Of a stretch of 64,000 bases of DNA, positions 38,975 through 48,201 are shown in pieces. The DNA is taken from positions 2,212 through 66,211 of IMG/VR virus record IMGVR_UViG_3300021075_000003. The stretch is one strand, 5' to 3'. The notes beneath the pieces were generated by a model. That model was not told the origin of the DNA. It searched no databases and worked only from the letters and a program-made list of their open reading frames with translations. The stretch comes from a virus. Lineage: Duplodnaviria > Caudoviricetes. Positions within the stretch are counted from its first letter, which is position 1. The number at the start of each line of letters is the position of its first letter. A program made the position numbers and the translations under genes.

Positions 38975-40059
38975 GTGAACAAACCGGACTAGCAGTCTAT
39001 CCCAGACTAAAAGAATTCGACTCCGAGGTCGAGTTCGTAGAGCACGTCGAGCGTGTGGATGGCTGCACTACTAAGCAGTTAATCTCTTCACCCAGGGATA
39101 TCACACTAACGAAGGATGGCCGTTTAGCTGCAAACGGTTTCAGGCTTACCAGCTTAGCGTTTAAGCAGTTATGTCAGTTCACCGCTAAAGGGCTGTATGG
39201 CCTAGTGGCTGACATAGGGGCAGTAGATATTAATGCACGCTCTCTGGATCAGTTTACATCGCCAGCGCTGGCTGCCGATATTATTAACAAAGTTGTTGAA
39301 CTGCGCTTTCATGTGCAGGACGGCATCTCAGCTAAGGCGCTTATTCTAAACGCTGACAGCAAAACTGTTGATGGACTTGTCGGAGCACGATATCGCTATG
39401 TACCGCATCATCAGCTATACGACAGCGTAAAAGAGTGCATGACTACAACGTCGGATATCCCAGTCTTTAAGCGAGGCTTAGTAGCAGGACGCAGATGTGC
39501 ATTCACACTGGCGTCACAGCAGCCCCATACTACGCCAAGCGGCTATACGCTGGCACGTTGCGCGTACTTCACTAATAGCGAAGCAGGCGAAGCCGGGATA
39601 CATGCTACTGCTGGCATAGTAATAGATGATACCTACTGTGCGATAGACAGCGCGCATATGCGCCATATAGCGCACTCCAATAGCGACTTCGATGCAAGGC
39701 TAACAAACCTTGTGTCGCAGACTGTTAGACAGTACAGCGGAATAGCGTTAGCTGGATACGGCAGCCGCCTTGAGGAGAATCTGGGTGTAGTTGTAGATCG
39801 AGCAGTGTCCAAGTCGGTACGTAAGAAGCTGGTAGGAGATGTAGCTACAGCAGTAGGGCAGGCTTTAGCAGAGCAAGTGATACGTAAAGCAATCTTTCAG
39901 GGTGCTGATCGTACCACAACGCCGGCGCAAGTCTCACTAGTAGACATAGCGCAACGAACTAAGCGAGATCTAGTTATATTGCTCTGCCGTGAAGGTGAAG
40001 GGCGTAATCATACAACAAGAGAGGCACTTGAAGGTGCCGCATTTCAAATCATAGTCTAA
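38971..40059 (+). CDS. DUF932-like protein
   Basis: VGARYRYVPH...FTNSEAG pattern. Confidence 0.5.
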   Translation: MSEQTGLAVYPRLKEFDSEVEFVEHVERVDGCTTKQLISSPRDITLTKDGRLAANGFRLTSLAFKQLCQFTAKGLYGLVADIGAVDINARSLDQFTSPALAADIINKVVELRFHVQDGISAKALILNADSKTVDGLVGARYRYVPHHQLYDSVKECMTTTSDIPVFKRGLVAGRRCAFTLASQQPHTTPSGYTLARCAYFTNSEAGEAGIHATAGIVIDDTYCAIDSAHMRHIAHSNSDFDARLTNLVSQTVRQYSGIALAGYGSRLEENLGVVVDRAVSKSVRKKLVGDVATAVGQALAEQVIRKAIFQGADRTTTPAQVSLVDIAQRTKRDLVILLCREGEGRNHTTREALEGAAFQIIV

Positions 40060-40067
40060 GGAACAAA

Positions 40068-41144
40068 ATGGCTAAAACAAAAACAACGCTGCCGGCAAAA
40101 ATTGCCGACATGACAGCGGTGCAGGCCAAGAAGACGTTTACCGAACAGGAAGAGAAGTTCTTCCGGGATTTGCAAGCCTACATCAAAGCGCACAACAAAG
40201 AGAACCTGACATGGTATTGGGAACTTGGCGTGCGCATGACCAATGTTCGCGAGCTTGCTAAGAAGGACAAAGAGCATTACGGCAGTAAGCTGCTTGAGCG
40301 TCTGGGTGCAGCATTAGGCTACTCTTCGCATGGTCCGCTTTACCAGGCAATCTCTGTGGTGGAAGCTTTCGGAACTAAGAAAGCCTTTACCGAGTACACC
40401 AAGCTGGCTGGCGAGTCAGGCAATGTGCTCACCTGGGGGCATATCGTTATGCTGTCGGGTATCAGCGATACGGCTATTCGTCTGGACTTGGCCGCTACGG
40501 CTTTGGAACAGTGCTGGACAGTGCAGCGCCTGGGAGATCAGGTACGTGGGCTAGTGGACCGCAAGGCGCGCGGTATCCGCACAGGCAACAAGAAGGTCAA
40601 GATCCCCACCAGCGTTAAGCGATGCCTGCAAGACGTGGCATCCAAAGCGGAGCAGTTCCGTGACTGGGTGCAGAGCTCTTGGACAGGCGATGCCTACGAC
40701 ATCACAGCGCGTGTCGAGGAGACGCCAACCAGCAGCCTCAGCGAGAAGCTTCTCGATGACTTTATGACGGCCCAGAAGCAGTTGGCCGACATGATCGAGA
40801 GCGCCGAGACAATGTCTGACGAGTTGTCACAAGGCGAGGCAACTATTCGTCGTAAGCTGGCCGCCCAGGCCGATGCGGATCTGGCAGCAGCGGACGATGA
40901 AGAAGAGGAAGAAGATGAAGACGTCGAAGAAGAGGCAGATGTCGATGATGACGACGCCAGTCTGGCCGATCTAGCCGGCGATGATGATGATGACGATTCG
41001 GTTGTCTTCAGAAGTACCGCACCGGTGGCTGACGATGACGATGACGAGTTTGTCAGTGTTGCCGCGGAGCGCAACACTCGTCTGCGTGAGGCACGGGCTC
41101 TTGAACGAACTAAAGAGCGTCTAAGAGCAGCACGCGGTAAGTAA
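40068..41144 (+). CDS. DUF1016-N-like protein with long acidic tail
   Basis: WYWELG, YGSKLL, LTWGHI, WTVQRL; D/E-rich C-terminus. Confidence 0.6.
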   Translation: MAKTKTTLPAKIADMTAVQAKKTFTEQEEKFFRDLQAYIKAHNKENLTWYWELGVRMTNVRELAKKDKEHYGSKLLERLGAALGYSSHGPLYQAISVVEAFGTKKAFTEYTKLAGESGNVLTWGHIVMLSGISDTAIRLDLAATALEQCWTVQRLGDQVRGLVDRKARGIRTGNKKVKIPTSVKRCLQDVASKAEQFRDWVQSSWTGDAYDITARVEETPTSSLSEKLLDDFMTAQKQLADMIESAETMSDELSQGEATIRRKLAAQADADLAAADDEEEEEDEDVEEEADVDDDDASLADLAGDDDDDDSVVFRSTAPVADDDDDEFVSVAAERNTRLREARALERTKERLRAARGK

Positions 41145-41211
41145 TGAAATGTCCCATGTCCGGCCCGCCATAACTGGCGGTGCCGGGCATTTGTTGGTAA
41201 CAGGAGCATAA

Positions 41212-41631
41212 ATGCGAAATGTAGAGCACACGGCAGAGATGTTTGATTTGGCGCCGTTTATTGAGGCGGCGCAAGTACCCACCGATCCGGTATCCGGACT
41301 GCCACAGATACAGAAAGTATTGCCCAGAAGCGGCCGTGAGATATGGCGAGCGCGTATCTTGCCCATAGTGACCTCGCAACCTGACAACGAGGTTAACTGG
41401 TCAATAGTTCAAGAAGGGCAGTTGGTTCGTATACCTTTGCTGCCGTATCGTCTTAGTCGTGAGCCGGCGCAGGCCATGCTAGGCACTATGGATATCATTC
41501 AGCGCTGCGTAGAGGCATGGCCTAACGCAATACGTACACACATTATTATGGGCCAACAGATTCAAGACCTATTCCCGGAAGGGTTAGAATACCTACGGGT
41601 CTGGATTGGCTTTGCTGTGAGGATGGCGTAA
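41212..41631 (+). CDS. hypothetical protein
   Basis: AGGAG SD. Confidence 0.6.
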   Translation: MRNVEHTAEMFDLAPFIEAAQVPTDPVSGLPQIQKVLPRSGREIWRARILPIVTSQPDNEVNWSIVQEGQLVRIPLLPYRLSREPAQAMLGTMDIIQRCVEAWPNAIRTHIIMGQQIQDLFPEGLEYLRVWIGFAVRMA

Positions 41632-42008
41632 TGGAAAAAGACAAACCAGTCACACTGGACGAATGCGCTCAATATGTATGCGAGCTTAATGAAGATCTAA
41701 AACATAACACCGAGGCGTACCGCTACTTTACGCGCATAATCGGCACGATAAATAAGGTTGTTGAGGGCAATCACCTAGAACCAGACGAGCGGCTGCCCAC
41801 GCTACCATTCGCGTTCGATACTGCTGTAATAGATGGCAAGTATATGCTGCGCTTATCAGAGATGGATGAGGATGACCTCATTACCATGGTGCCGACTTTC
41901 ATGACACTATTGGGCGCGGTAGGTGAAGATCTGCTTCGTACGTGGGATCGTCTAATTGCTGTCATTGAAGAAGCAAAGTTACTGGTAGCCAATGCTAGAT
42001 CATCTTGA
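41631..42008 (+). CDS. hypothetical protein
   Basis: TAATG coupling. Confidence 0.6.
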   Translation: MEKDKPVTLDECAQYVCELNEDLKHNTEAYRYFTRIIGTINKVVEGNHLEPDERLPTLPFAFDTAVIDGKYMLRLSEMDEDDLITMVPTFMTLLGAVGEDLLRTWDRLIAVIEEAKLLVANARSS

Positions 42009-42480
42009 GCCTGGCGAAGTGGCGGCGCGTACGGTCATGACTGACCAGATGCGCTTGGCCATAGATGGCTACCAGTTAATTGACGATGACACTGATGGTA
42101 CGCTGGGTCTGGCCATCCGTCTGGTCGATGGTCAGAACCATTTTGATAACGTAAGAATGTTCAGCGCCGTGCGCAACAAGCAAGGCCAAGTAGACAAAGA
42201 CCTACATGGCCCGCTGCTTCAAGCAATGACACACTTCCTAAATGCAGGCGGCGACCCAGCCGATCTAAAGGAATACGCTGACGACCTAGCACATTGCCCT
42301 AAACTAAATCACAAAGGCTACGAGCTTGCCGGCATCTTTGAAGATGTGGTGCGCGAAGTCTATTACATCACCAAAGACGAACGTGTAGTCCGGGTCTTCC
42401 CAGGCATTACATGGGAGTATGTTTCACAGGAAGAATTGGAAGAACAGCATGAAGAAGATTCGACCGGCTTTGCCGACTAA
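41992..42480 (+). CDS. hypothetical protein
   Basis: 162 aa coupled ORF. Confidence 0.55.
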   Translation: MLDHLEPGEVAARTVMTDQMRLAIDGYQLIDDDTDGTLGLAIRLVDGQNHFDNVRMFSAVRNKQGQVDKDLHGPLLQAMTHFLNAGGDPADLKEYADDLAHCPKLNHKGYELAGIFEDVVREVYYITKDERVVRVFPGITWEYVSQEELEEQHEEDSTGFAD

Positions 42481-42572
42481 GACAACGCCGAAGAAAGCAA
42501 CAAAGAAGCCCACGGTACAGAAAGCAAAACCACAGCCTAAGATACCGCGCTCGCAGGATATTTACATCTAGC

Positions 42573-43397
42573 ATGGCAAAGCATCGCGTTGCTGCCGTGC
42601 CGTATAACCTGGTGCGGATTTTTGCAATCCGCGCCAGGTTGTTGACCGATACCCTAGTACCATACGTTGGTACTGAGCTCGTTGGTGACTGGTTTGGCGA
42701 GTTGACGCGCGATCTTGCTAGGGCGCTGGATGTGCAAGAGGATGTTATCGAGGACAGCATACGACATTGCGCTGGCGAGGTATTACTTCGTCCCAGCGCA
42801 TTTGTCCTAGCTTGGCGCTTAGCCGGTAACATCGACAGATTGCGCGACGGTACAGCTTGCCCGCAGTGGTTCACACAGTCAGAGGAAGAGTGGTTACCTA
42901 CACAAGTCCTTGACTGGCAAGCAGATAAGACATCGCGCGGAAAGCCAGTTAACGTCTACACCTTGCGCATACTGGCTGGCACATCATGCCCTATGCGCGT
43001 TATCGCCTCATGGCCTGTTAGCTTCACACGTATGTTAGCGCGTCAGATAGGCTTCTCTAATCGCCGAGGCAAGACGCCGTTCCAACATCCAGCCGAGTTT
43101 GTTCGGCTACGTCTGCGCGTTCTTGCCGATCCGGCTAGATCCAAACCAGGACAGCTGGGCTTTTGGGAAGTAGCTGGCGCTGCTGGCTTAACCAAATGGA
43201 ACAGGTCAATCCTGCAAAAGCGCGCAAGGATAGGATTTCAGTGTCCAGAGAACTATACCCATGCCTGTCATGTTTGTCCGTACGGCTACGATGAATGCCC
43301 GGCAGCTTGCAGACCGAAAACTATCTATGATGCCGGAACAGCAGTTAGCGATACTGCAGAAATTAGCAACGAACGAGTAGACAATCCAAACAACTAA
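42573..43397 (+). CDS. hypothetical protein with C-terminal Cys cluster
   Basis: CP...HACHVCP.GYDECPAAC. Confidence 0.65.
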   Translation: MAKHRVAAVPYNLVRIFAIRARLLTDTLVPYVGTELVGDWFGELTRDLARALDVQEDVIEDSIRHCAGEVLLRPSAFVLAWRLAGNIDRLRDGTACPQWFTQSEEEWLPTQVLDWQADKTSRGKPVNVYTLRILAGTSCPMRVIASWPVSFTRMLARQIGFSNRRGKTPFQHPAEFVRLRLRVLADPARSKPGQLGFWEVAGAAGLTKWNRSILQKRARIGFQCPENYTHACHVCPYGYDECPAACRPKTIYDAGTAVSDTAEISNERVDNPNN

Positions 43398-43428
43398 CGA
43401 AGTCGACTTTGTCGACCAGTTTCCAGAT

Positions 43429-44175
43429 GTGACCGCGCTAGCTCAGAGCGCCATTAACTATACTCGCATGAGTTCTTACATCCAGAGTTATGCAACTCTG
43501 CAGCCTGCCAACCAGGGGCAGTTATTCGACAGGGCTATGTACGTGGTGTGCACACAGAACACCGGTACAAGGCTATCACTCAGGCAATACGAACATGTCT
43601 CGACAGTGCCGTGGACTACTAAGGATGAGCTAGAGCAGGCTATGGCTGCTGGCGGCGGAGGACTCAGTCCGCAGAAAGCCAGCACCTGCTGGAATATCTA
43701 TACGGCGATGTGCGAAGGTTTACGGCTGGGACATCCCACTCGTGACATGGGCATTGCAGAAGATGACCCTGCTGGCATATGGCATAAGGCACGCGAGAAA
43801 CTGGATGCGATTTCCGGACTGGGGCTAAAGCTGTCCTCGCTGATCCTGCATGTTACCTGTCCGTTTGAATGCAAATTGCTTGTGCTTGATACATGGTTTG
43901 CAAGACAGGGCTGGTACGACATTAAGCCCAGTAAGCGCGGCGCTTATCTGGAAGCGGAGCAGCATTGGCTATCACTCTGCGAGCGCAAAGGCTGGCAATA
44001 TCCAAGCATAGCGCGCGAGATACTGTGGTCGACAATAGGGCAAAAACGGGTACTGGATGCTGACGACACTTGGTGGACTTATGCGCTGCGTTTAGAGCAA
44101 ACGTCGCCGTTAATTCAACCATTCCGCAGTATTGCGATAACACCGCGCCCTGTCAGCTTAGATAAGCCAGCATAA
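43429..44175 (+). CDS. HhH DNA glycosylase-like protein (Ogg2-like)
   Basis: ISGLGLKLSS..LH...LVLDTW with catalytic-type K and D; YLEAE. Confidence 0.6.
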   Translation: MTALAQSAINYTRMSSYIQSYATLQPANQGQLFDRAMYVVCTQNTGTRLSLRQYEHVSTVPWTTKDELEQAMAAGGGGLSPQKASTCWNIYTAMCEGLRLGHPTRDMGIAEDDPAGIWHKAREKLDAISGLGLKLSSLILHVTCPFECKLLVLDTWFARQGWYDIKPSKRGAYLEAEQHWLSLCERKGWQYPSIAREILWSTIGQKRVLDADDTWWTYALRLEQTSPLIQPFRSIAITPRPVSLDKPA

Positions 44176-44191
44176 TTATCTCGCCGACCTG

Positions 44192-44220
44192 TTGAACCGT
44201 AACTGGTCGTTTTCTATAAT
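44192..44220 (+). promoter_or_regulatory. sigma70-like promoter
   Basis: TTGAAC-17 nt-TATAAT; ATG 44227 lies at about +1, suggesting a leaderless mRNA. Confidence 0.55.
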
Positions 44221-44226
44221 CTGGGC

Positions 44227-44745
44227 ATGGAAACACCAAAAACAGAATCCAGCCCAGTTGCGCCAAAGCACCCCTTGCTTCAATGGCGCCCTAAAGATGC
44301 TAAAGACGTAGCAATACGCAACGCGTACTATTCGCCAGCACGCGACATCGCCTACTGTGGACCAGTAATCGTCGAGAGGGCTATGAAGTCACTCAACGAA
44401 GACTGCTGGGAGCCGTGGCTTAAAGAATACCTAGCGCAGGTCGGCATCACAGTGGATACCCTTATTGAAACGGAAGCGCCGCTTAAGTTAGCGCATACGT
44501 TAAATAAGATCATCACTCATTCACTGCAAGAGGCGTTAAAGGCGTCTGGGTTCGAGGAGATCCCGGCAGCCATACAGCTGTTAATCTATGCCCGAATAGG
44601 GCAGCTACTATTAGCCGCTCTCTGGAGCGGTATAAAGGACGTACATGCCCCGGATAGTGACCCACCGGCCACCATCGCCTCCCTCTTGTCCGAAATCGAA
44701 ACCCAGCTCTCAGAAACCATGCGCCAAGGAGCTGCACATGGGTGA
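44227..44745 (+). CDS. hypothetical protein
   Basis: 172 aa ORF. Confidence 0.6.
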   Translation: METPKTESSPVAPKHPLLQWRPKDAKDVAIRNAYYSPARDIAYCGPVIVERAMKSLNEDCWEPWLKEYLAQVGITVDTLIETEAPLKLAHTLNKIITHSLQEALKASGFEEIPAAIQLLIYARIGQLLLAALWSGIKDVHAPDSDPPATIASLLSEIETQLSETMRQGAAHG

Positions 44746-45466
44746 ATGGTTTGGGATGTTGAATAAACACTTCTCGTTTCCGCGAGACTATACTACGATC
44801 GATTTAGAGACAAATGGACTGCAACCAGACGTATGCGAGATATGTGTTATCGGACATACAGTAGTTCGAGACGGCAAACCAGTTGAGAACAAAGAGTCTT
44901 ATATCAACTGGTGGCTAGATCCTGACGTAGATCATGCGGCTATTGAAAAGCGCCTGACCAGTACGCAGAAAGTCATGGAAGAGAAGAATAAGACATTCCT
45001 ACACACTAAGGCAAAACTGTTAGAGTGTGGCCGGGCCCCTAAAGAAGTGCTCGAAGAATATCTGGATCTCTTTGAGGCTATGGAAGCTCGTAACGAGATT
45101 CTAGTGTCGCACAACGGCGTGGCTTTTGACTTGCCCTTCCTTGTAGCGCATTTGCACAATGTACTGCGCGTAGGCTGGGAGTTCAGAGAAGACCTGATAT
45201 TCGATACAGGCGTGATAATGAAAGCCAGCCAGATGGCTACAGTGCCATCGCCAATGCCGAACGAAACATTCTATTCATTCCTTAGGCGCGTAAGTAGAAC
45301 GCCAGGGTACGGCATAAAGTGGGCGCTTGACGGCTACTGCGAGGACCGCTTCGGACTACGTAAGAAGGCTGGCGCCAAGGCAGAAGGCGCACACACGGCT
45401 GGCGTAGACAGTTTACTAACCGCTTACCTGTACGAGGAGCAACGCAACCTAGCCCACAATGGCTAA
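44738..45466 (+). CDS. DEDDh 3'-5' exonuclease (DnaQ-like)
   Basis: IDLETNG, HNGVAFD, AHTAGVD; AGGAG SD. Confidence 0.88.
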   Translation: MGEWFGMLNKHFSFPRDYTTIDLETNGLQPDVCEICVIGHTVVRDGKPVENKESYINWWLDPDVDHAAIEKRLTSTQKVMEEKNKTFLHTKAKLLECGRAPKEVLEEYLDLFEAMEARNEILVSHNGVAFDLPFLVAHLHNVLRVGWEFREDLIFDTGVIMKASQMATVPSPMPNETFYSFLRRVSRTPGYGIKWALDGYCEDRFGLRKKAGAKAEGAHTAGVDSLLTAYLYEEQRNLAHNG

Positions 45467-45956
45467 AAAAAAGTTACAGATACTTAGTCTTGACCCGGCC
45501 ACAAAGTGTGGCTGGGCACATGTATCAGGCGTATCCGGCACTTGGGATCTTTCTGTAAAGAAGGACGAAAGTAGCGGGATGCGCCTGATTCGTTTACGCG
45601 CTGCTTTAGCCGACATAAAAGAACGGCTAGGCATTGATCTCCTTGTATTTGAAGCAAGTCGCAACAGCAAGTTTGGCAATGCTGTTAAGATTGCCGGACA
45701 GATACAGGGAGTTATTGAAGTTTGGTGCATCGACAATGAGGTTGACTACAGAGGCTATTCTCCCACGGAGATCAAAAAGCACGGCACTGGCAGCGGCAAT
45801 GCCGATAAGCCAAAGATGATGGCAGCCGCTGCAGCTAAGTGGCCCAAAGTCAAACTAGTCGACGACAACCATGCAGATGCGCTTTGGTTGCTTGATCTAG
45901 CATTACAGGAATATGGCGACCTGACAATACAGGAATATGTCGACCGAACAATTTAA
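45459..45956 (+). CDS. ruvC: RuvC-like Holliday junction resolvase
   Basis: LSLDPAT, VFE, P.EIKK..TG.GNADK, DDNHADA. Confidence 0.88.
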   Translation: MAKKKLQILSLDPATKCGWAHVSGVSGTWDLSVKKDESSGMRLIRLRAALADIKERLGIDLLVFEASRNSKFGNAVKIAGQIQGVIEVWCIDNEVDYRGYSPTEIKKHGTGSGNADKPKMMAAAAAKWPKVKLVDDNHADALWLLDLALQEYGDLTIQEYVDRTI

Positions 45957-46146
45957 TCTCAAGAACAAAATGGATAGACCAAGAGACGACGCATCGCTTG
46001 AATTTCAGGAATGGGCTGCCCGTAGAGCGCGAGAGTTGTATGTAAAGAACTCCAACGACATCGAGGTGGACGATAGGCCCCCTGTAAGCAGTGCCGATGA
46101 CGGTACCTGGGTAGCTGCCTGGGTGTGGGTGCCATATGACGAATAA
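45937..46146 (+). CDS. hypothetical phage protein
   Basis: DIEVD...GTWVAAWVWV. Confidence 0.6.
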   Translation: MSTEQFNLKNKMDRPRDDASLEFQEWAARRARELYVKNSNDIEVDDRPPVSSADDGTWVAAWVWVPYDE

Positions 46147-46819
46147 CAGACCGCCGCTGAAGTCTGGTACTAACTGGACTGAACAGCACTCAAACACCAC
46201 TGCACCAGCAACGTCAATACGTTACAGCTTATCTGAGTTAGCCTCGGAATGGCACTTCTTTAATCACGGCGTGCTGTTTACATACGGTGGCCTTAAATTC
46301 CCAGAAGAAGACCCACTGGCCGACTGGTATGCACTACAGACTAAAGGCACAATCATCATGCGCGAAGCATTCAAAGCCCGCATCTTCGAGGGCTTACCTA
46401 CGTTTGCGCATAATGGATCGACATGGGACCACACGCTATGCGCAGTGCGGCACGAGGACTGGCAGAGTCTATGGACGTTTCTGTGCGGCACAGCAATAGT
46501 GGATCGTAAGCAACGAAGGTATGCGCAGCTGTTTTCAGGTGTGCTTAAGATCCTAGACCCGACGCTTATCGAACGATACGAGGCGCCGCACAAGCTGATT
46601 GATGTGACAGTGTTCTGCTTAGACGGCAACACTGCGCGCTGGGAAGTTCGACCAGCCCAGACGCTAGCAGGGCTAGCTAAGTTCGTTAAAATACCAGCCC
46701 GGAAGGAGATTATCGACAAGGCGGCACTCATACTGGATGGAGACGTGAATGCTATCAAGGACAACAACAACCAGGCTATTACAACACTAGTTCAAGGAGA
46801 ATTAGATAAATGCAAGTAG
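46136..46819 (+). CDS. hypothetical protein
   Basis: 227 aa coupled ORF. Confidence 0.6.
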   Translation: MTNNRPPLKSGTNWTEQHSNTTAPATSIRYSLSELASEWHFFNHGVLFTYGGLKFPEEDPLADWYALQTKGTIIMREAFKARIFEGLPTFAHNGSTWDHTLCAVRHEDWQSLWTFLCGTAIVDRKQRRYAQLFSGVLKILDPTLIERYEAPHKLIDVTVFCLDGNTARWEVRPAQTLAGLAKFVKIPARKEIIDKAALILDGDVNAIKDNNNQAITTLVQGELDKCK

Positions 46820-47115
46820 AGTTAGCTATGCCAACCGCTATCGAAGGCGATTGGGAGTTACAGGACGCTGATGGCAAAATCATTGCCGTGTCCAAAGATC
46901 ACCAAGGAGCTCTGCTCAGGATCGAGCCGTTCTTTTACAAGGGCACCTATTCCCAGATTCTCATGCGCACGCTTACGCACGGTAAGAAGGGTAAGGAGAA
47001 TCGGAACACCTTGCGCATTGGCGCACAGACCGGCAAGATCACATCCGAGGCGGCTTCACAGCTTCCAGCCAAGATCACGCCCAAGTTTGACACACAGACG
47101 AAGGAAGTTAAGTGA
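46810..47115 (+). CDS. hypothetical protein
   Basis: AGGAG SD. Confidence 0.6.
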   Translation: MQVELAMPTAIEGDWELQDADGKIIAVSKDHQGALLRIEPFFYKGTYSQILMRTLTHGKKGKENRNTLRIGAQTGKITSEAASQLPAKITPKFDTQTKEVK

Positions 47116-47290
47116 CACACAACGAGAGACGTGATTACAACCGCTTACGAGAACGCTACCGATTACAGGTGCTGTACACAGTACGCAATATGGCCCCTAA
47201 ACATCGAGAGGCTTGTAAGGTAATTACCAACTACACACTGCAACAGCTGCGCGAGTTCGAGCAGCAACACTCCAACGAGACAGATGTAAC

Positions 47291-47830
47291 ATGGGAGAGC
47301 TAGAACAACTAAATCACGAGGAATTGCTCGACATTGTGCGGCGGCTAGGTCAGGCGCTTAACTTTGTTGACCATGTACTCACAGAAGACAAGGCAGCGCA
47401 TCAGATCTGGGCCGTATCTGGCGTAGTAGGCGGACCTCTGCCTAACCTAACGCCACTGTCTACTATGACAGAGTTATGCGAGCTTGTAGCAGACTTGCGC
47501 ACACGCCAGCTGGCAAACCCAGAAGAACACCGATGGATGCATATATTCATCGGCAGTCGCGTACAAATTCAAAAGGGGCCGCAGTGGCGGCTATGGGACG
47601 GCAAGCAATCAATACCGGTTACAGGCGAATTACCGCCTAACGCTATTGATGACACCGGCAGCTTATTCGAGAACATCGATCTTGATCGAATACTCGCCAA
47701 TAATGCCGAGGCAGTCGCTGCCGTAACTACTCTTCCGGAGATCAGACTCCGTCCACAAGTCGTTGGCTCGACAGTAGACGAGGATGATGATGACGTAGCA
47801 GATCCTAATGAAGACCCAGAAATAGTCTAG
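47291..47830 (+). CDS. hypothetical protein with acidic tail
   Basis: 179 aa ORF. Confidence 0.6.
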   Translation: MGELEQLNHEELLDIVRRLGQALNFVDHVLTEDKAAHQIWAVSGVVGGPLPNLTPLSTMTELCELVADLRTRQLANPEEHRWMHIFIGSRVQIQKGPQWRLWDGKQSIPVTGELPPNAIDDTGSLFENIDLDRILANNAEAVAAVTTLPEIRLRPQVVGSTVDEDDDDVADPNEDPEIV

Positions 47831-47929
47831 CGGTACCAACTTAAACCGTAGTATTTCTGGGGCATTATAATAGGAGCTATTCTGCAGCTGATGTTTTTAC
47901 CTCTCTTAATACCCTACGAGGACACGGTC

Positions 47930-48187
47930 ATGGCAGGCTATGTAGACCACTTGGATTTGGACATGGAGCGTCCAGGCGCTACTAAGATTTTCAAAAGCAA
48001 GCAACCAGATGGCTCGGTATGTGTGGTAGTACACTATCCGGAGCAGTCTTTTGGTTCGCTAGCTGCAACCCTCAAACGCACGATGAACGGTCTTGTGGTT
48101 GAGCGGTTTACAGAAGACGAATACTGTAAGGTTTGCGCTAAAGGTTTGCGCAAGCATAAACACGCACGGGATATACTCCTGTGTTAG
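47930..48187 (+). CDS. hypothetical protein
   Basis: GAGG SD before MAGYVDHL. Confidence 0.55.
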   Translation: MAGYVDHLDLDMERPGATKIFKSKQPDGSVCVVVHYPEQSFGSLAATLKRTMNGLVVERFTEDEYCKVCAKGLRKHKHARDILLC

Positions 48188-48201
48188 GAGCAAAGTAGTA
48201 A

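Noticed and set aside
40880-41050. GAT/GAA-rich quasi-repeats (also the Gly/Ala/Pro repeats at about 53130-53230)
   Set aside because: Low-complexity coding sequence, not DNA-level repeat elements
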